A DNA stretch of 64,000 nucleotides from Thermaerobacter marianensis (lineage in GTDB: Bacteria; Bacillota; Sulfobacillia; DVGY01), in the NCBI GenBank assembly GCA_020724425.1, contig DYGY01000008.1, forward strand, positions 4,151 through 68,150. Direction: 5' to 3'. Position 1 is the first letter of the stretch. Each line of letters begins with the position of its first letter. Positions 8,283 to 19,153 of the stretch are shown here, piece by piece. The notes beneath the pieces are model-generated. The model saw only the letters and a program-made list of their open reading frames with translations, did no database searches and was not told the origin of the DNA. Made by a program: the position numbers and the translations under genes.

Positions 8283-8801
8283 ATGATTCAAAGGTGGGAA
8301 CTAGTTGGTGTTTTTGTTATTTTCCTTGTCGGTTCTGCTTATCACTTTGTTTATGACTGGTTAGGAGGTTGGGTGGTTTTAGCTGCTATTGCTCCAGTGA
8401 ATGAGAGTGTTTGGGAGCATTTGAAGATGGCTATCTGGCCTGCAATCTTTTATGCTTTAGTGGAGTATAGGGTGGTTCTTAATCGGGTGAAGGGTTTTTG
8501 GATGGCTAAGCTGGTTAGTATTTGTATGATTCCTGTTGTTATTGTGGTCTTGTTCTATCTTTATACAGGAATTGTTGGTCATCATGTTCTTTATGTGGAT
8601 ATCTTTATTTTCTTTGTGGCTATTGCAATTGGTCAGTATCTTAGTTATAGATTGATTGTGGGGGAGTTGTTTGAAGATAGATTAAATAATCTGGGTATAA
8701 TAGGTTTGGTTTTTGTTGTTGGTGTTTTTGCGGTGTGGACATTCATACCACCGGAGTTACCTGTTTTTTTGGACCCTACTACTGGGGGTTATGGCAGATA
8801 G
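8283..8801 (+). CDS. DUF6512-like membrane protein
   Basis: HFVYDW and PVNESVWEHLK motifs, multiple TM helices. Confidence 0.75.
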   Translation: MIQRWELVGVFVIFLVGSAYHFVYDWLGGWVVLAAIAPVNESVWEHLKMAIWPAIFYALVEYRVVLNRVKGFWMAKLVSICMIPVVIVVLFYLYTGIVGHHVLYVDIFIFFVAIAIGQYLSYRLIVGELFEDRLNNLGIIGLVFVVGVFAVWTFIPPELPVFLDPTTGGYGR

Positions 8802-8836
8802 CCTGCCGGTATCCGGGGTAACCGGCAGGGGATATT

Positions 8837-9409
8837 TTAGAAATATCTAGGACGAAGATAGTATTCTTGGACGTCGTTTAGGGCTTCACCGAAGCGCTGG
8901 AAGTGAACTACTTCTCTTTCGCGTAAGAATCTTAGGGCATCTTTAAGATCAGGATCATCTGTTAGGTTGATTAAGTGTTCATAAGTTGTTCTAGCTTTCT
9001 GTTCAGCGGCCATGTCTTCGTGAAGGTCGGTGATGGGATCACCGGTTGCTTGAATATATGCTGCTGTCCAGGGTACGCCGTTGGCATCGTTAACAAAAAG
9101 GGCGTGGTCGTGTTGAGCATAGTGTGCTCCAAGGCCTGCTCTTTCTAGTTCTTTTGCAGGTACTCCCTTAAGAAGCTTATAGACCATGGTTGCAATGATT
9201 TCTAGGTGAGCGAGTTCTTCTGTACCTATATCTGTTAGGAGTCCTTTGGCTTTGTCTGTAGGCATGGTATATCTTTGGTTTAGATAGCGGATAGCAGCTG
9301 ATAGTTCGCCATCTGGTCCACCATATTGAGTTATTAGGTATTTTGCCATACCTACATCTGGTTTTGATACTCTAACAGGGTATTGCAGTTTTTTTTCATA
9401 GACCCACAT
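8837..9409 (-). CDS. cotJC: Spore coat protein CotJC (Mn-catalase family)
   Basis: MWVYEKKLQYPV, QYGGPDGELSA, TEELAHLE, EREVVHFQRFGE. Confidence 0.96.
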   Translation of the reverse strand: MWVYEKKLQYPVRVSKPDVGMAKYLITQYGGPDGELSAAIRYLNQRYTMPTDKAKGLLTDIGTEELAHLEIIATMVYKLLKGVPAKELERAGLGAHYAQHDHALFVNDANGVPWTAAYIQATGDPITDLHEDMAAEQKARTTYEHLINLTDDPDLKDALRFLREREVVHFQRFGEALNDVQEYYLRPRYF

Positions 9410-9420
9410 GAGTTATCCTC

Positions 9421-9678
9421 CTAATATTCAATTTCCCAAGGCCATGGTCCCTCAATCCATTGCCAGGGTTCCCCGCTTGTGGTATAGCCAAAATGTGTGA
9501 GAGGGCCGTAACGAGATTCGTAGGCTTCCTTTAATCTCTGAAGAGTTCTTGTTGTTTCGTTATATCTTCTAAGTGGCTCTAAATCATCGGGGTGAGTATC
9601 AAGAAAAAGGTTGAGTTCTACAGCGACAAACTCATATTCTTGGATTTCTCTTAAGAGTTTGAGTCTTTCGGATTCCAA
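9421..9678 (-). CDS. cotJB: Spore coat protein CotJB
   Basis: ELNLFLDTHP, YGPLT, WQWIEGPWPWE. Confidence 0.95.
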   Translation of the reverse strand: MESERLKLLREIQEYEFVAVELNLFLDTHPDDLEPLRRYNETTRTLQRLKEAYESRYGPLTHFGYTTSGEPWQWIEGPWPWEIEY

Positions 9679-9692
9679 TGTTGTACACCTCC

Positions 9693-9860
9693 TTAGTGAT
9701 ATGGACGATAGAGTTCGGGGAATAGGGTGCCTTTTTGTAAGGCTTCTTTAGGGGAGAAGGTTTTATCAAAGGTTTGCCAGGGAACGTAAGCTTGAGCGAG
9801 TTTCATGTGGTGTTGTTCAGATGTTGTTTCTGTTTTTTGCTTATCAAGACGAATCCGCAT
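9693..9860 (-). CDS. cotJA: Spore coat associated protein CotJA (55 aa, absent from the ORF track)
   Basis: Manual translation MRIRLDKQKTETTSEQHHMKLAQAYVPWQTFDKTFSPKEALQKGTLFPELYRPYH; RBS AAAGGAGG; upstream of cotJB. Confidence 0.92.
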   Translation of the reverse strand: MRIRLDKQKTETTSEQHHMKLAQAYVPWQTFDKTFSPKEALQKGTLFPELYRPYH

Positions 9861-10000
9861 AAGAATCCTCCTTTCTTTAGTACGTAATATTTTACGGGAT
9901 TGTCTAAAAAAGGTTCAGAGATAGGAGGGGTGAATTTGCTCAAAGGTATTAATATTTTTAGCAAAAACTTCGACATATAGAGTATAAGGCAGGGAGGGGT

Positions 10001-11839
10001 TTGATAACAGTGTTAATATTAAGAAAGATTGGAGCTAGTTTGCAAGTCAAGCTTATGTTGATGATTGCAGTACTGATTGTGGTTATTTTGGCGGTTTCTA
10101 ATTTGGTCATTTTTGTGAAAATTATCCCATTAATGGACCAGTTAAACCATCGCTATGGTGAAAGTATGGGTGAGTTGCTTTCGGATATGGCTGAGCAGGC
10201 TATACATAGGGGTAATTATGAAGCGTTCACAGATACCCTTAAGGGGTTAAGTGAGAGCAATGATGACATAGCGTATTTCATGCTTGTTGATGGAGCAGGA
10301 AAGGTATTAGCTCATAGTGATAGTACAGAGCAAGGTAAATATCTTAATGATGAGATAGGTTTAGCAGCAGCAATGGCTACCGATACGGTTATTCATGAAG
10401 TATTAAGTGATTCGGGTGAGCTGCTTTTTGATGTGGCTGTTCCTCTTTATATTGATGGGCAGCACAAGGGTGCCATTAGGGTTGGTGTGACTGCCAATGC
10501 TACTCGTTCTATCTCGGATACAGGTAGGCAAGTTATTGTAATCACCGGTCTAACTATTCTTATTGCAGGCTTAATTATGGCGTTTTTCCTTAGTAGGAGG
10601 ACCTTAAGGCCTTTGCATGAGATTATGGATACGTCAGCTTTGGTGGCGGATGGTGATTTGACGCGTGAGCTTCAGGTTAAGTCTGATGATGAGATTGGTA
10701 AGGTGGCTGCTAGTATTAATGAAATGATTAAGGGTATGAGGGTTTTGGTTTCTAAGACGGGTGAGGCTGCAGAGAGCGTTATTGTTGCTAGCAAAGAGGT
10801 TTCTGCTGCTTCAGATCAAACAGCTTTAGCTGTTTCTGAGGTTGCTGAAGGGGTTAATCGAATTGCTCAGGGGGCACATGATCAGAATGAACAGGCCGAA
10901 CAGGCTACTTCATCAATGAAGGGGCTTCATTCAGCCATTGAGCAAATCGCTGAGGGTTCTCAGGAACAGGCTATTCATGTGGGTAAAACTTCAGATTTGG
11001 TTGTTCAAATGGTGGCTTCTTTAGAGGATGTTACCGGGAGAATTGGTGAGGTTGATAAGTTGGCAATAAATTCTGTTGCTTCTGCTAAGGAAGGTGCTGA
11101 GTCTGTTGGTACCATGATTAGTTCTATGGATAATATTAAAGAGAGTGTCTATGCTACTGCTAGCAGGATAAATGAAATGGGTGCTCAGTCAGAGCAAATT
11201 GGTGAGATTGTTGAGGTTATTGATGATATAGCTACACAGACTAATCTATTGGCTCTGAATGCTGCTATTGAGGCTGCTAGGGCCGGTGAACAGGGTAGAG
11301 GGTTTGCTGTTGTGGCAGATGAAATACGGAAGTTGGCTGAACGGTCTAGCAGGGCTACTAAGGATATTGCCGACCTTATTTATGGTATTCAGGAGGGTAT
11401 TCAGTCAGCCATTCAGGCTACCGACCGTGGTATTGAAGAGGTTGATACCGGAGTGGATTTAGCTGACTTAGCTCGGGGAGCATTGGCTAATATCTTGAAT
11501 GATGCTGAGAAAACTAGTTCGGAGATTGCTGCTATTTCTAAAGCAGTTGAGAGACTTGTGGCTGATAGTAATGATATTGCTGAGGCTATGGATAGTGTGG
11601 CTGCTGTAACAGAAGAGAGCAGTGCGGCCTCTGAAGAGATGGCCGCAGGAAGTGGTGAACTCAATAATATTGTAGAGAGTATGAATCATGTATCTCAGGA
11701 AAATGGTGCTTTGACTGAGGAGATTAGTGCTTCGGTTGAAGAGATTGCTGCTTCAGCAGAACAGGTAGCCAGTACAACAAAAGGATTGGTGGACATGTCT
11801 GATGAGTTAAATCGAATTATTAAGAACTTTAAGATCTAG
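10001..11839 (+). CDS. Methyl-accepting chemotaxis protein (Cache-like sensor, HAMP, MCP signalling domain)
   Basis: Two TM helices, HAMP ([13 protein letters not shown]), [35 protein letters not shown]. Confidence 0.95.
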   Translation: MITVLILRKIGASLQVKLMLMIAVLIVVILAVSNLVIFVKIIPLMDQLNHRYGESMGELLSDMAEQAIHRGNYEAFTDTLKGLSESNDDIAYFMLVDGAGKVLAHSDSTEQGKYLNDEIGLAAAMATDTVIHEVLSDSGELLFDVAVPLYIDGQHKGAIRVGVTANATRSISDTGRQVIVITGLTILIAGLIMAFFLSRRTLRPLHEIMDTSALVADGDLTRELQVKSDDEIGKVAASINEMIKGMRVLVSKTGEAAESVIVASKEVSAASDQTALAVSEVAEGVNRIAQGAHDQNEQAEQATSSMKGLHSAIEQIAEGSQEQAIHVGKTSDLVVQMVASLEDVTGRIGEVDKLAINSVASAKEGAESVGTMISSMDNIKESVYATASRINEMGAQSEQIGEIVEVIDDIATQTNLLALNAAIEAARAGEQGRGFAVVADEIRKLAERSSRATKDIADLIYGIQEGIQSAIQATDRGIEEVDTGVDLADLARGALANILNDAEKTSSEIAAISKAVERLVADSNDIAEAMDSVAAVTEESSAASEEMAAGSGELNNIVESMNHVSQENGALTEEISASVEEIAASAEQVASTTKGLVDMSDELNRIIKNFKI

Positions 11840-12462
11840 AGAATGTCGATATCGTTATGGACGTCCTGGACACCGTTTACATGACGGACCAGGGCGTCTA
11901 TTTTTGTTTTTTCCCTTGGGTCAGTGACCTGTCCCTTTAGGTATATGGTTCCGTGTTGGACTAAGCCCCGTACGGATGTGTAGCCTGAGGATATTAGCAA
12001 ACGATTGGTTTCATTGGTGAGGCTGGCATCATCAAATCTTGTAGGTGTGCTTATGTCTGTTTGGTCTATAATGTCTTTGACTCCTCTGGTTTGGCTGATT
12101 GAGGTTAGAATGTTTTCTCTGTCAGATAGTGATGGGAAGGAACCATAGACTGTTACTGAACCACTATCAACCTTGATGGAGATCTCTTCTTTAAGGGTTG
12201 AAAGAAGTTCTTTCTCGATGTGTTTATCTGTGAATTGACCATCAGTGGCAATTGTTAGGTGGTTTTCCACCCAGTGAACACCAGGTACTGAGTATGCTAT
12301 GTGTTCGGCATCTTGTTTTTCTGAGAGGGTATCGACAATGCCTCTTAGCTCTACTCTACCGTTGTTGCTATGAATGTGAACATCAATACCCATTGATTCT
12401 GTCTGGTTTAAGAGGGCTTGCTTTACGTTTAATGAGAGTTCATTATTCTTTTTACTGCTCAA
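11836..12462 (-). CDS. BON-domain protein (three repeats)
   Basis: Repeated G-x-V-x-L-x-G...GV-x-x-V-x-N pattern; TTG start after RBS GAGGTGA. Confidence 0.85.
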   Translation of the reverse strand: MSSKKNNELSLNVKQALLNQTESMGIDVHIHSNNGRVELRGIVDTLSEKQDAEHIAYSVPGVHWVENHLTIATDGQFTDKHIEKELLSTLKEEISIKVDSGSVTVYGSFPSLSDRENILTSISQTRGVKDIIDQTDISTPTRFDDASLTNETNRLLISSGYTSVRGLVQHGTIYLKGQVTDPREKTKIDALVRHVNGVQDVHNDIDIL

Positions 12463-12673
12463 AGAGATCACCTCACGTGTTAATATGTTATTAGCTTATC
12501 TGTAATTTAGCGAAATTATTAAAAAAACTATCTTTAGTGGATTTGCATAGATTCTTTTAAGATTGTGGGACAGTTTTAGTATGTGGGTTGTCTTTCATTA
12601 TATAGATTGCGATATACTGGTGAATTCCAGGGATGAGACTGGTATAATATAGAGTCAGCGAAGGAGGATGGAG

Positions 12674-13627
12674 ATGAGTTTTCTAGTTGGGGTTGATCTT
12701 GGTGGAACCAAGATTGCTGCTGTATGTACTACAGTGGATGGGAAGGTTTTAAGCAGTGTTAAGATACCCACATTGGCGGCTGAGGGTAAGGAGGCTGTTA
12801 TAGAGAGGATTATCCTTAGTGTAAAAGAGGTTATCAGTGAGGCTAATGTGACCGATATTCTGGGGATAGGCATCGGAGCACCAGGACCTGTAGATACTGA
12901 GAAGGGCCTAATTATTGCACCTCCCAACCTGCCTGGTTGGGACGAAGTAGGGTTAAGGGATATTATTAAGGAATACTTTGGTGTCAATACATACTTTGAT
13001 AATGATGCCAATGTGGCAGCTATTGGTGAGAGGTGGTTTGGTGCCGGTAGGGGTTATGATGATTTTATTTATATAACTGTTTCTACCGGTATTGGCGCTG
13101 GCATTTATCTTGGGGGTAAGTTGTATAGGGGTCATACAGATAGTGCAGGTGAGATTGGGCATATGATTCTTGATATTGATGGGCCGGTTTGTAATTGTGG
13201 TAACAGGGGCTGTTTTGAAGCATTGGCATCGGGTACGGCACTGGCTAAGAGAGCTTATGAGGCGGTTCAAGAAGGAAAACAGACAAGTCTTTCAAAGCTT
13301 CAAGAGATATCAGCTGCAGATGTCTTTTCTGCTGCTAATAAAGGAGATATACTGGCTAGGCAGCTTATAGAGAGAGAAACTACTTATGTGGGTCTGGGTA
13401 TAGCTAACATTATAACCATATATAATCCTGAGAGAGTAATTCTTGGGGGAGGGGTATCTCAGGCTGGGGAAGTGTTCTTTGAGCCGGTTAAGGAAGTGGT
13501 GAAAAAATCTGTTTTTGCTTCTAGAGCAAGGAATACGGAGATTGTTGCTGCAGAGCTTGGTTCTAATGCGGGTGCTCTGGGTGCTGCAGCTTTAGTGTTA
13601 GAAGAAAGGATGGATAGGATTGGATAG
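12674..13627 (+). CDS. ROK-family sugar kinase (glucokinase-like)
   Basis: GVDLGGTKI, NDANVAAIGE, GEIGH and CNCGNRGCFEA zinc motif. Confidence 0.93.
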   Translation: MSFLVGVDLGGTKIAAVCTTVDGKVLSSVKIPTLAAEGKEAVIERIILSVKEVISEANVTDILGIGIGAPGPVDTEKGLIIAPPNLPGWDEVGLRDIIKEYFGVNTYFDNDANVAAIGERWFGAGRGYDDFIYITVSTGIGAGIYLGGKLYRGHTDSAGEIGHMILDIDGPVCNCGNRGCFEALASGTALAKRAYEAVQEGKQTSLSKLQEISAADVFSAANKGDILARQLIERETTYVGLGIANIITIYNPERVILGGGVSQAGEVFFEPVKEVVKKSVFASRARNTEIVAAELGSNAGALGAAALVLEERMDRIG

Positions 13628-14678
13628 GAGTATCTTAAGTAGTGTAAGCAAGATGAAAACCTTGGACAGGAGTGGAATGTTACAACATCTGTATGGTTTC
13701 CCAGAACAGATGGAAGAAGCTTGGAAGCTTGCAGGTGAAGCTTCATTACAAACAGAGGGTAAGGTTTTTGATCATGTGGTAGTTACTGGCCTTGGGGGTT
13801 CTGCGATAGGTGGAGACCTATTGCGTACTCTATTAGCTGATGAGATTAGGGTACCGATTCTGGTTAATCGCAACTACATGCTACCTGAGTTTGTAAGTGA
13901 GAGGACGCTGGTGATTGCTAGCAGCTATTCAGGGAATACCGAGGAGACCCTAGCAGCTTATGATGATGCAACTAATAGGGGTGCTACAGTTGTTGCTGTA
14001 ACTACAGGTGGAAAGTTAGCAGAGAAGGCTAAGGGGAATGGTCATGATGTGATTTATGTACCTTCAGGACTACCACCGAGGGCAGCTACAGGTTACATGT
14101 TCATCCCAACGGTAGCTTTGTTGGAGAGGTTTGGCTTAATTGAAAGCAAGAGTGAGAAAGTTAAGAATACAGTGGCTCTCATGAAGGAGTTAAGAGAGCA
14201 ATATAGATTAGAGGAAGATGATAATCTAGCTAAGGAACTTGCTTTATGGTTGCATGAGCGTATGGCAATAATCTATGGGGCTGGAGATATAGGGCAGACT
14301 TTAGCTTTTAGATGGCAGTCACAGATTAATGAGAATGCTAAGGTCTTAGCACATGGACATACCTTTCCTGAACTCAATCACAATGAACTGATGGGCTGGG
14401 AACTTGTTGGTAAAGATCTGAATCTTGGTGTGGTTTTCTTAAGGGGTGTCGGGGAAATTGACCGTATCTCCAAACGGATGGATATTACCGGTGAGTTAAT
14501 TGGGCAAATGGTTGAGGTTAGAGAGATTGAGGCTAGTGGTAGTGATACTTGGCAAAAGACTTTCTCTTTAATGTATCTTGGTGATTATCTATCCTGTTAT
14601 CTCGCTTTACTTAATGGTGTTGACCCTACTTCAATTGATTCCATCAACTACTTAAAGGACCAATTGGCACAGTTCTAA
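13620..14678 (+). CDS. Bifunctional phosphoglucose/phosphomannose isomerase (PGI/PMI, SIS domain)
   Basis: GLGGSAIGG, SYSGNTEET, PPRAA, QINENAK, PELNHNE, GVDPT motifs. Confidence 0.92.
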   Translation: MDRSILSSVSKMKTLDRSGMLQHLYGFPEQMEEAWKLAGEASLQTEGKVFDHVVVTGLGGSAIGGDLLRTLLADEIRVPILVNRNYMLPEFVSERTLVIASSYSGNTEETLAAYDDATNRGATVVAVTTGGKLAEKAKGNGHDVIYVPSGLPPRAATGYMFIPTVALLERFGLIESKSEKVKNTVALMKELREQYRLEEDDNLAKELALWLHERMAIIYGAGDIGQTLAFRWQSQINENAKVLAHGHTFPELNHNELMGWELVGKDLNLGVVFLRGVGEIDRISKRMDITGELIGQMVEVREIEASGSDTWQKTFSLMYLGDYLSCYLALLNGVDPTSIDSINYLKDQLAQF

Positions 14679-14682
14679 TCTT

Positions 14683-14707
14683 GAGACCCAAACGGGTCTC
14701 TTTTTTT
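14683..14707 (+). terminator. Rho-independent terminator
   Basis: GAGACCC-AAAC-GGGTCTC followed by T7. Confidence 0.85.
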
Positions 14708-14720
14708 GAAACCGGTTCCA
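14707..14720. promoter_or_regulatory. LacI-family/cre-like operator
   Basis: Near-palindrome TGAAACCGGTTCCA upstream of the MCP gene. Confidence 0.45.
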
Positions 14721-14803
14721 CTTTTTGCAAGAGATATAACCCCGTGGGCTAAAGGTAACGATAAATAACTATATACTACAAAAAATAACGGGGGTGTCGT
14801 TTA

Positions 14804-16600
14804 ATGTGGGGGCGCATTAATCAGAGTTTGCAGTGGAAGCTAGGTCTTTTGTTAGTTTGTCTACTGATGCTTGTGGTAGCTTTTTTTGGGATGGTTGTAT
14901 TTTTGAAGGTTACTCCTTTAATTGGTGATGCCTATGGTGAAGGAATTGGTAGTGTTCTGCAGACGATGTCTAATCAGGCCATCAGGTCTGGAGAATATTT
15001 TGCTTTAAAGAGTACTGTTGCTGAGATGAATGCTACTAGGGATGATCTCTTATATTTCTCCTTGATTGATTATTCAGGTAGTGTTGTGCTGCACACTGAT
15101 GAAGCTCTTGAGGGTAGTGGCGTTAGTGTTGCTGGATATGGTGATGATGTTTCTACAGAGATAGTGAGTTTTGATGAGGGGCGGGCTTTACATATCACAG
15201 TTCCTCTGTGGTTAGGCGAAGAACTCTGGGGTTATATGGAGTTAGGACTTCTGGTAGCTTTAGATGAGAATATGCAGGGAACTGTATTAAAGATACTTCT
15301 GGTATTAAGCTTAGTGATTCTTTCTGTAACTTTGGGAGTTATCTATTTTGTGGGCAAGAGAAATGTTGCTCCTCTGCTGGAGTTAGCTAAGGCCTCAGAG
15401 GCTATGGCTTCTGGAGATCTCTCTGTAAAGGTGGGGGTACAGAGTGAGGATGAGATAGGTGTTGTTAGCAGGAGTTTCAATGATATGGTTGATAATATGA
15501 GAGCTATGGTCAAACAGATTGGCTTTGCTGCTAAGAGTCTTAAGGGTGGTTGCACTGAGGTTGATCAGGCGTCTAATCAAACTGTTGTAGCTGTTAATGA
15601 TATAGCTACAGGTATTTCTGGTATTGCTGTTGATTCTCTAGAGCAGGATAGGTTGGTTCAAGATTGTCTGACAGCTATTCAGGAGTTAGGTGCTGCAACT
15701 GAGCAGATTGCTACTGGGGCTATGGATCAGGCTAATCATGTTCAGGATACTGCTAAGCTTATTGCAGTGATGGATCAAGCTACTGATGATATAGGAATAA
15801 GGATTAGAGAGGTTGAAAGGTTAGCACAAAATTCTGTTTATAGTGCTCAATTGGGTTCAAAGGCTATTAAAGAAACTGTTGAGGCAGTATCTAAGATTAA
15901 GGGTAGTGTGGATAACTCGGCTTTGAGAATCAGAGGGATGGGGAATCAGTCTGAAGAGATTGGGAAGATTGTTCAGATGATTGGAGATATTGCTGAGCAA
16001 ACTAATCTTTTGGCATTAAATGCTGCTATTGAGGCAGCTAGGGCAGGTGAGCAGGGAAGAGGTTTTGCTGTAGTGGCAGAAGAGATACGGAAGTTAGCAG
16101 AGAGTTCAGGGAGAGCTACTAAGGAGATCTCTTTGTTGATTAAGGGAATTCAGGATAGTGTTCTTATGGCTGTAGAGGCAACCAAGACAGGAATTATTGA
16201 GGCAGAACGAGGGGTAGGGCTGGTTAATGAAGCAGCAGAAATCCTTGTCGGTATTGGTTCTGATGCAGAAGGTACTCGCAGAGAAATTGAGGGGATTGAG
16301 TTAGCTATAGAGAATTTGCGAGCAAGAAGTGCAGAGGCGGTTGGAGCTATGGATAGTGTCTCTGCCGTGACTGAAGAGAATACCGCAGCTACAGAAGAGA
16401 TTTCTGCTAATGCAGGTAGAACAAGGGAACTTGTAGGTAATTTGGCGATGGTCTCTAAGAATAACACTCAGAGGGTAGAGGATATTAGTAGCATGTCTGA
16501 GGAGATTAGTGCCTCCTCAGAAGAGATTGTAGGGGTTTCACAAAACCTTGTCAGGTTAGCCGAAGAACTTGAATTAATGCTAAAACAGTTTAAGTCTTGA
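14804..16600 (+). CDS. Methyl-accepting chemotaxis protein
   Basis: Two TM helices, [39 protein letters not shown]. Confidence 0.95.
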   Translation: MWGRINQSLQWKLGLLLVCLLMLVVAFFGMVVFLKVTPLIGDAYGEGIGSVLQTMSNQAIRSGEYFALKSTVAEMNATRDDLLYFSLIDYSGSVVLHTDEALEGSGVSVAGYGDDVSTEIVSFDEGRALHITVPLWLGEELWGYMELGLLVALDENMQGTVLKILLVLSLVILSVTLGVIYFVGKRNVAPLLELAKASEAMASGDLSVKVGVQSEDEIGVVSRSFNDMVDNMRAMVKQIGFAAKSLKGGCTEVDQASNQTVVAVNDIATGISGIAVDSLEQDRLVQDCLTAIQELGAATEQIATGAMDQANHVQDTAKLIAVMDQATDDIGIRIREVERLAQNSVYSAQLGSKAIKETVEAVSKIKGSVDNSALRIRGMGNQSEEIGKIVQMIGDIAEQTNLLALNAAIEAARAGEQGRGFAVVAEEIRKLAESSGRATKEISLLIKGIQDSVLMAVEATKTGIIEAERGVGLVNEAAEILVGIGSDAEGTRREIEGIELAIENLRARSAEAVGAMDSVSAVTEENTAATEEISANAGRTRELVGNLAMVSKNNTQRVEDISSMSEEISASSEEIVGVSQNLVRLAEELELMLKQFKS

Positions 16601-16657
16601 TATACCTAGTTATCTCCAATATAATGGAATTTAATATAGGATATTGGAGGACTAGAC

Positions 16658-17056
16658 TTGACAGGGGATTTGAAACAAATTATTTCGGGTATTCCGTATG
16701 CACAGCAGCTTGGAGTGACTATTGAGAGGTCGGTAGAGGGAAAGGCAAGGCTGGTTTTGCCTTGGGTAAGTAGTAACGCTAATCTCTATGGTGTGTTGCA
16801 TGGGGGGGCTATTGCCGGGATTATTGATGTTGCCGGTGCAGTTGCTGCTTTCTCTCTGGTTGGTGCAAAGAGCCCGCTTGTTACTGTAGATCTTAATGTT
16901 ACCTATATTGCTGCGGTACAGGGGGTAACAGTCTATGCTGATAGTTCTGTTCTTCATCGGGGGAAGAGACTGATGGTAAGTGATGTGGAGATTGTTGATG
17001 ACAAAGGGAAGCTCTATGCCAAGGGTAGAGTGACATATATGCTGTTAGAAAAATAG
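16658..17056 (+). CDS. PaaI-family thioesterase (hotdog fold)
   Basis: NLYGVLHGGAIAGIID and VTVDLNVTYI motifs. Confidence 0.9.
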   Translation: MTGDLKQIISGIPYAQQLGVTIERSVEGKARLVLPWVSSNANLYGVLHGGAIAGIIDVAGAVAAFSLVGAKSPLVTVDLNVTYIAAVQGVTVYADSSVLHRGKRLMVSDVEIVDDKGKLYAKGRVTYMLLEK

Positions 17057-17107
17057 ATGAAGGGCCTCGTATTGGGGCCCTTTTGGTTCTAGAGGGAGGA
17101 TGACAGT

Positions 17108-18943
17108 GTGGGAAGGAAACATGTGTATGTTCTTTCTTTGATTGTCCTTTATGTTGTTGTTTTTGCAGGGGCTATTGGTAGTATTGATTATGAGTCCCTC
17201 TGGGTGATATTTCTGCTGGCAGCGATTATTTTTGGTACTGAAAGGCTTTCTGTTCCTTTGCCTTTGACTAAGGGTTCTGTTTCTATTGCTCTTGTCTTTG
17301 ATATTGCTGCCATTTTAACCTTACCTTGGGGTTATGTGGTTTTGGGGTCTTCTCTGGGTCACTTTCTGGCTGATTTAAGAAATAAGAAGGAGTGGGATAG
17401 GCTTCTTTTTAATGTGGCTCAGATAGGTCTTGGTAATGTGGTTGCCAGCTGGTTTCTAATAACTAATGGCATTACTCCTGGGGTTTTTGTTTTTGCTGAT
17501 GACTGGTTTATACTGGTGCTAACCGGTTTAATCAGAGCACTGGTTAATATTGCTCTAGTTACTGTATTTTTTGTTCTGGCAGGTTATCTAGAGGTATATA
17601 AGCTAGGTGAATATTTTAAGAATGGTCCTTTGATAGGTTTTATGGTTCTAGTTCCCATGGGTATAGTTATAGCGTTGATTTTTGATGTGTATTTTCTGGG
17701 GCTTCTGTTTCTTCTGCCAGTCTTATTTTTGAATCAGCAGGCTATTAAATATCAGGTTAAGCTTGGTTGTGAAAATCTTATGTTGAGTGATCAGAATGAG
17801 TACTTGCAGGAAGAGGTATCTGTACAAAATAATGAATTGCAGAAGGTTCTCTTAAGGCTTAAGCATTTGCAGTCTGTCGGTATTTTCTTGGTACAGGAGG
17901 TTCAAATATCTAGAGCTTTAGAAACGGTTGCCAGGGAATTAACTCTTCTTACAAACAGTGATCAGGGCTTTATCGCTCTGTTTAGTGAGACCGGGGAACT
18001 AGAGGTTAAGGCTTGGGGGAGAGAGGAATATGCTTTTAAGCCAGAAAGGCTTGACCCTCAAGAACCTCTTGTGAGAGATACTCTTAGTGGTATTGGCGTG
18101 AGAATAGGGAGTTTGAGTAGTAGAAGGCTAGATTTTCTGGAAGGGTTCAAAGGGGAGTCGGCATTGTTTGTGCCATTGAGGGATCAAGCTAAAGTCTTAG
18201 GCTTGTGTGGTGTATTAAGTGAGAGATCCTGTGCTTATGGGGAGTTAGATATGCAAACTGCTACCATTTTAGCTAATCAGGCATTTATCGCCATTGAAAA
18301 GGACAGTCTTCAGAAAAAGGCCAGGGAAGCAGCTGTTTTGGCAGAGAGGCAGAGGTTATCAAGAGAGCTTCATGATTCTATGACGCAATCTTTGTTTAGT
18401 ATTTCTTTGCATGCTGAAGCTGCTTTAACTTATCTAGATAAAGACAGGGATAAAGCTATCCAGGCTTTGCATCAGGTAAGGGATGCTAGCAAAGAGACAT
18501 CAACTGAATTACGTAGCTTAATCTATGAGCTCCAGCCTGAAGCATTGTCTGCCAAGGGATTATTTTCGGTTATCAGGGAACATGTTTCTCTTTTTACCCG
18601 TAGGTCTGGTATTCTCGTTGAACTGCAAATGGTGGGGGAAAAGTCTTCCCATCAGTTAAACAAGGAACAACAGTGGGCTATATATCGGATAGTACAGGAG
18701 GCCTTGAATAATGTTTGGAAACATGCAAAGGTGGGTGAGGTTGAGTTATCTCTAAGGACAGAAGACAATAGTTTAAGGCTATCTATAAAGGATAGGGGGA
18801 TAGGTTTTGCTTTAGATAAGGTCGATGTTAACACCATGGGTCTTAAGAGTATGCAGGAAAGAGCTAATCTAATTGATGCTGATTTTAGAATCATTACCCA
18901 AGTAGGGTTGGGAACAGAAGTGATAGTTGAAACAAAACCATAA
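17108..18943 (+). CDS. Membrane sensor histidine kinase (multi-TM input, GAF, HisKA_3)
   Basis: ERQRLSRELHDSMTQ H-box, QEALNNVWKHA N-box, DRGIGF, GLKSMQERA. Confidence 0.93.
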   Translation: MGRKHVYVLSLIVLYVVVFAGAIGSIDYESLWVIFLLAAIIFGTERLSVPLPLTKGSVSIALVFDIAAILTLPWGYVVLGSSLGHFLADLRNKKEWDRLLFNVAQIGLGNVVASWFLITNGITPGVFVFADDWFILVLTGLIRALVNIALVTVFFVLAGYLEVYKLGEYFKNGPLIGFMVLVPMGIVIALIFDVYFLGLLFLLPVLFLNQQAIKYQVKLGCENLMLSDQNEYLQEEVSVQNNELQKVLLRLKHLQSVGIFLVQEVQISRALETVARELTLLTNSDQGFIALFSETGELEVKAWGREEYAFKPERLDPQEPLVRDTLSGIGVRIGSLSSRRLDFLEGFKGESALFVPLRDQAKVLGLCGVLSERSCAYGELDMQTATILANQAFIAIEKDSLQKKAREAAVLAERQRLSRELHDSMTQSLFSISLHAEAALTYLDKDRDKAIQALHQVRDASKETSTELRSLIYELQPEALSAKGLFSVIREHVSLFTRRSGILVELQMVGEKSSHQLNKEQQWAIYRIVQEALNNVWKHAKVGEVELSLRTEDNSLRLSIKDRGIGFALDKVDVNTMGLKSMQERANLIDADFRIITQVGLGTEVIVETKP

Positions 18944-18983
18944 GTGACCCTTTGAGTAAACAGGGTCACTTATGTGGAGGACA

Positions 18984-19127
18984 GTGAATTTTGAAACAAA
19001 GAGCAAGGGGAATGCAATACTTCTTTTTTCGACGGTTACCCACCAAACAAAATCTCTTGCTAATAGGATATCAGGTTTTGAATTATGGTACATCGGTCTG
19101 GTGACGGAGTATGGACTAATACTTTAG
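18984..19127 (+). CDS. Possible small protein (47 aa) between kinase and regulator
   Basis: GGAGG shortly before GTG 18984 (spacing short); frame open to TAG 19127; no recognisable motif. Confidence 0.35.
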   Translation: MNFETKSKGNAILLFSTVTHQTKSLANRISGFELWYIGLVTEYGLIL

Positions 19128-19153
19128 TCTGATATGGAAGCGGGGTGTTTCTG

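Noticed and set aside
7883-8356. ORFs 7883-8203 (-) and 8087-8356 (+)
   Set aside because: They overlap tRNA-Leu(GAG); typical tRNA shadow ORFs
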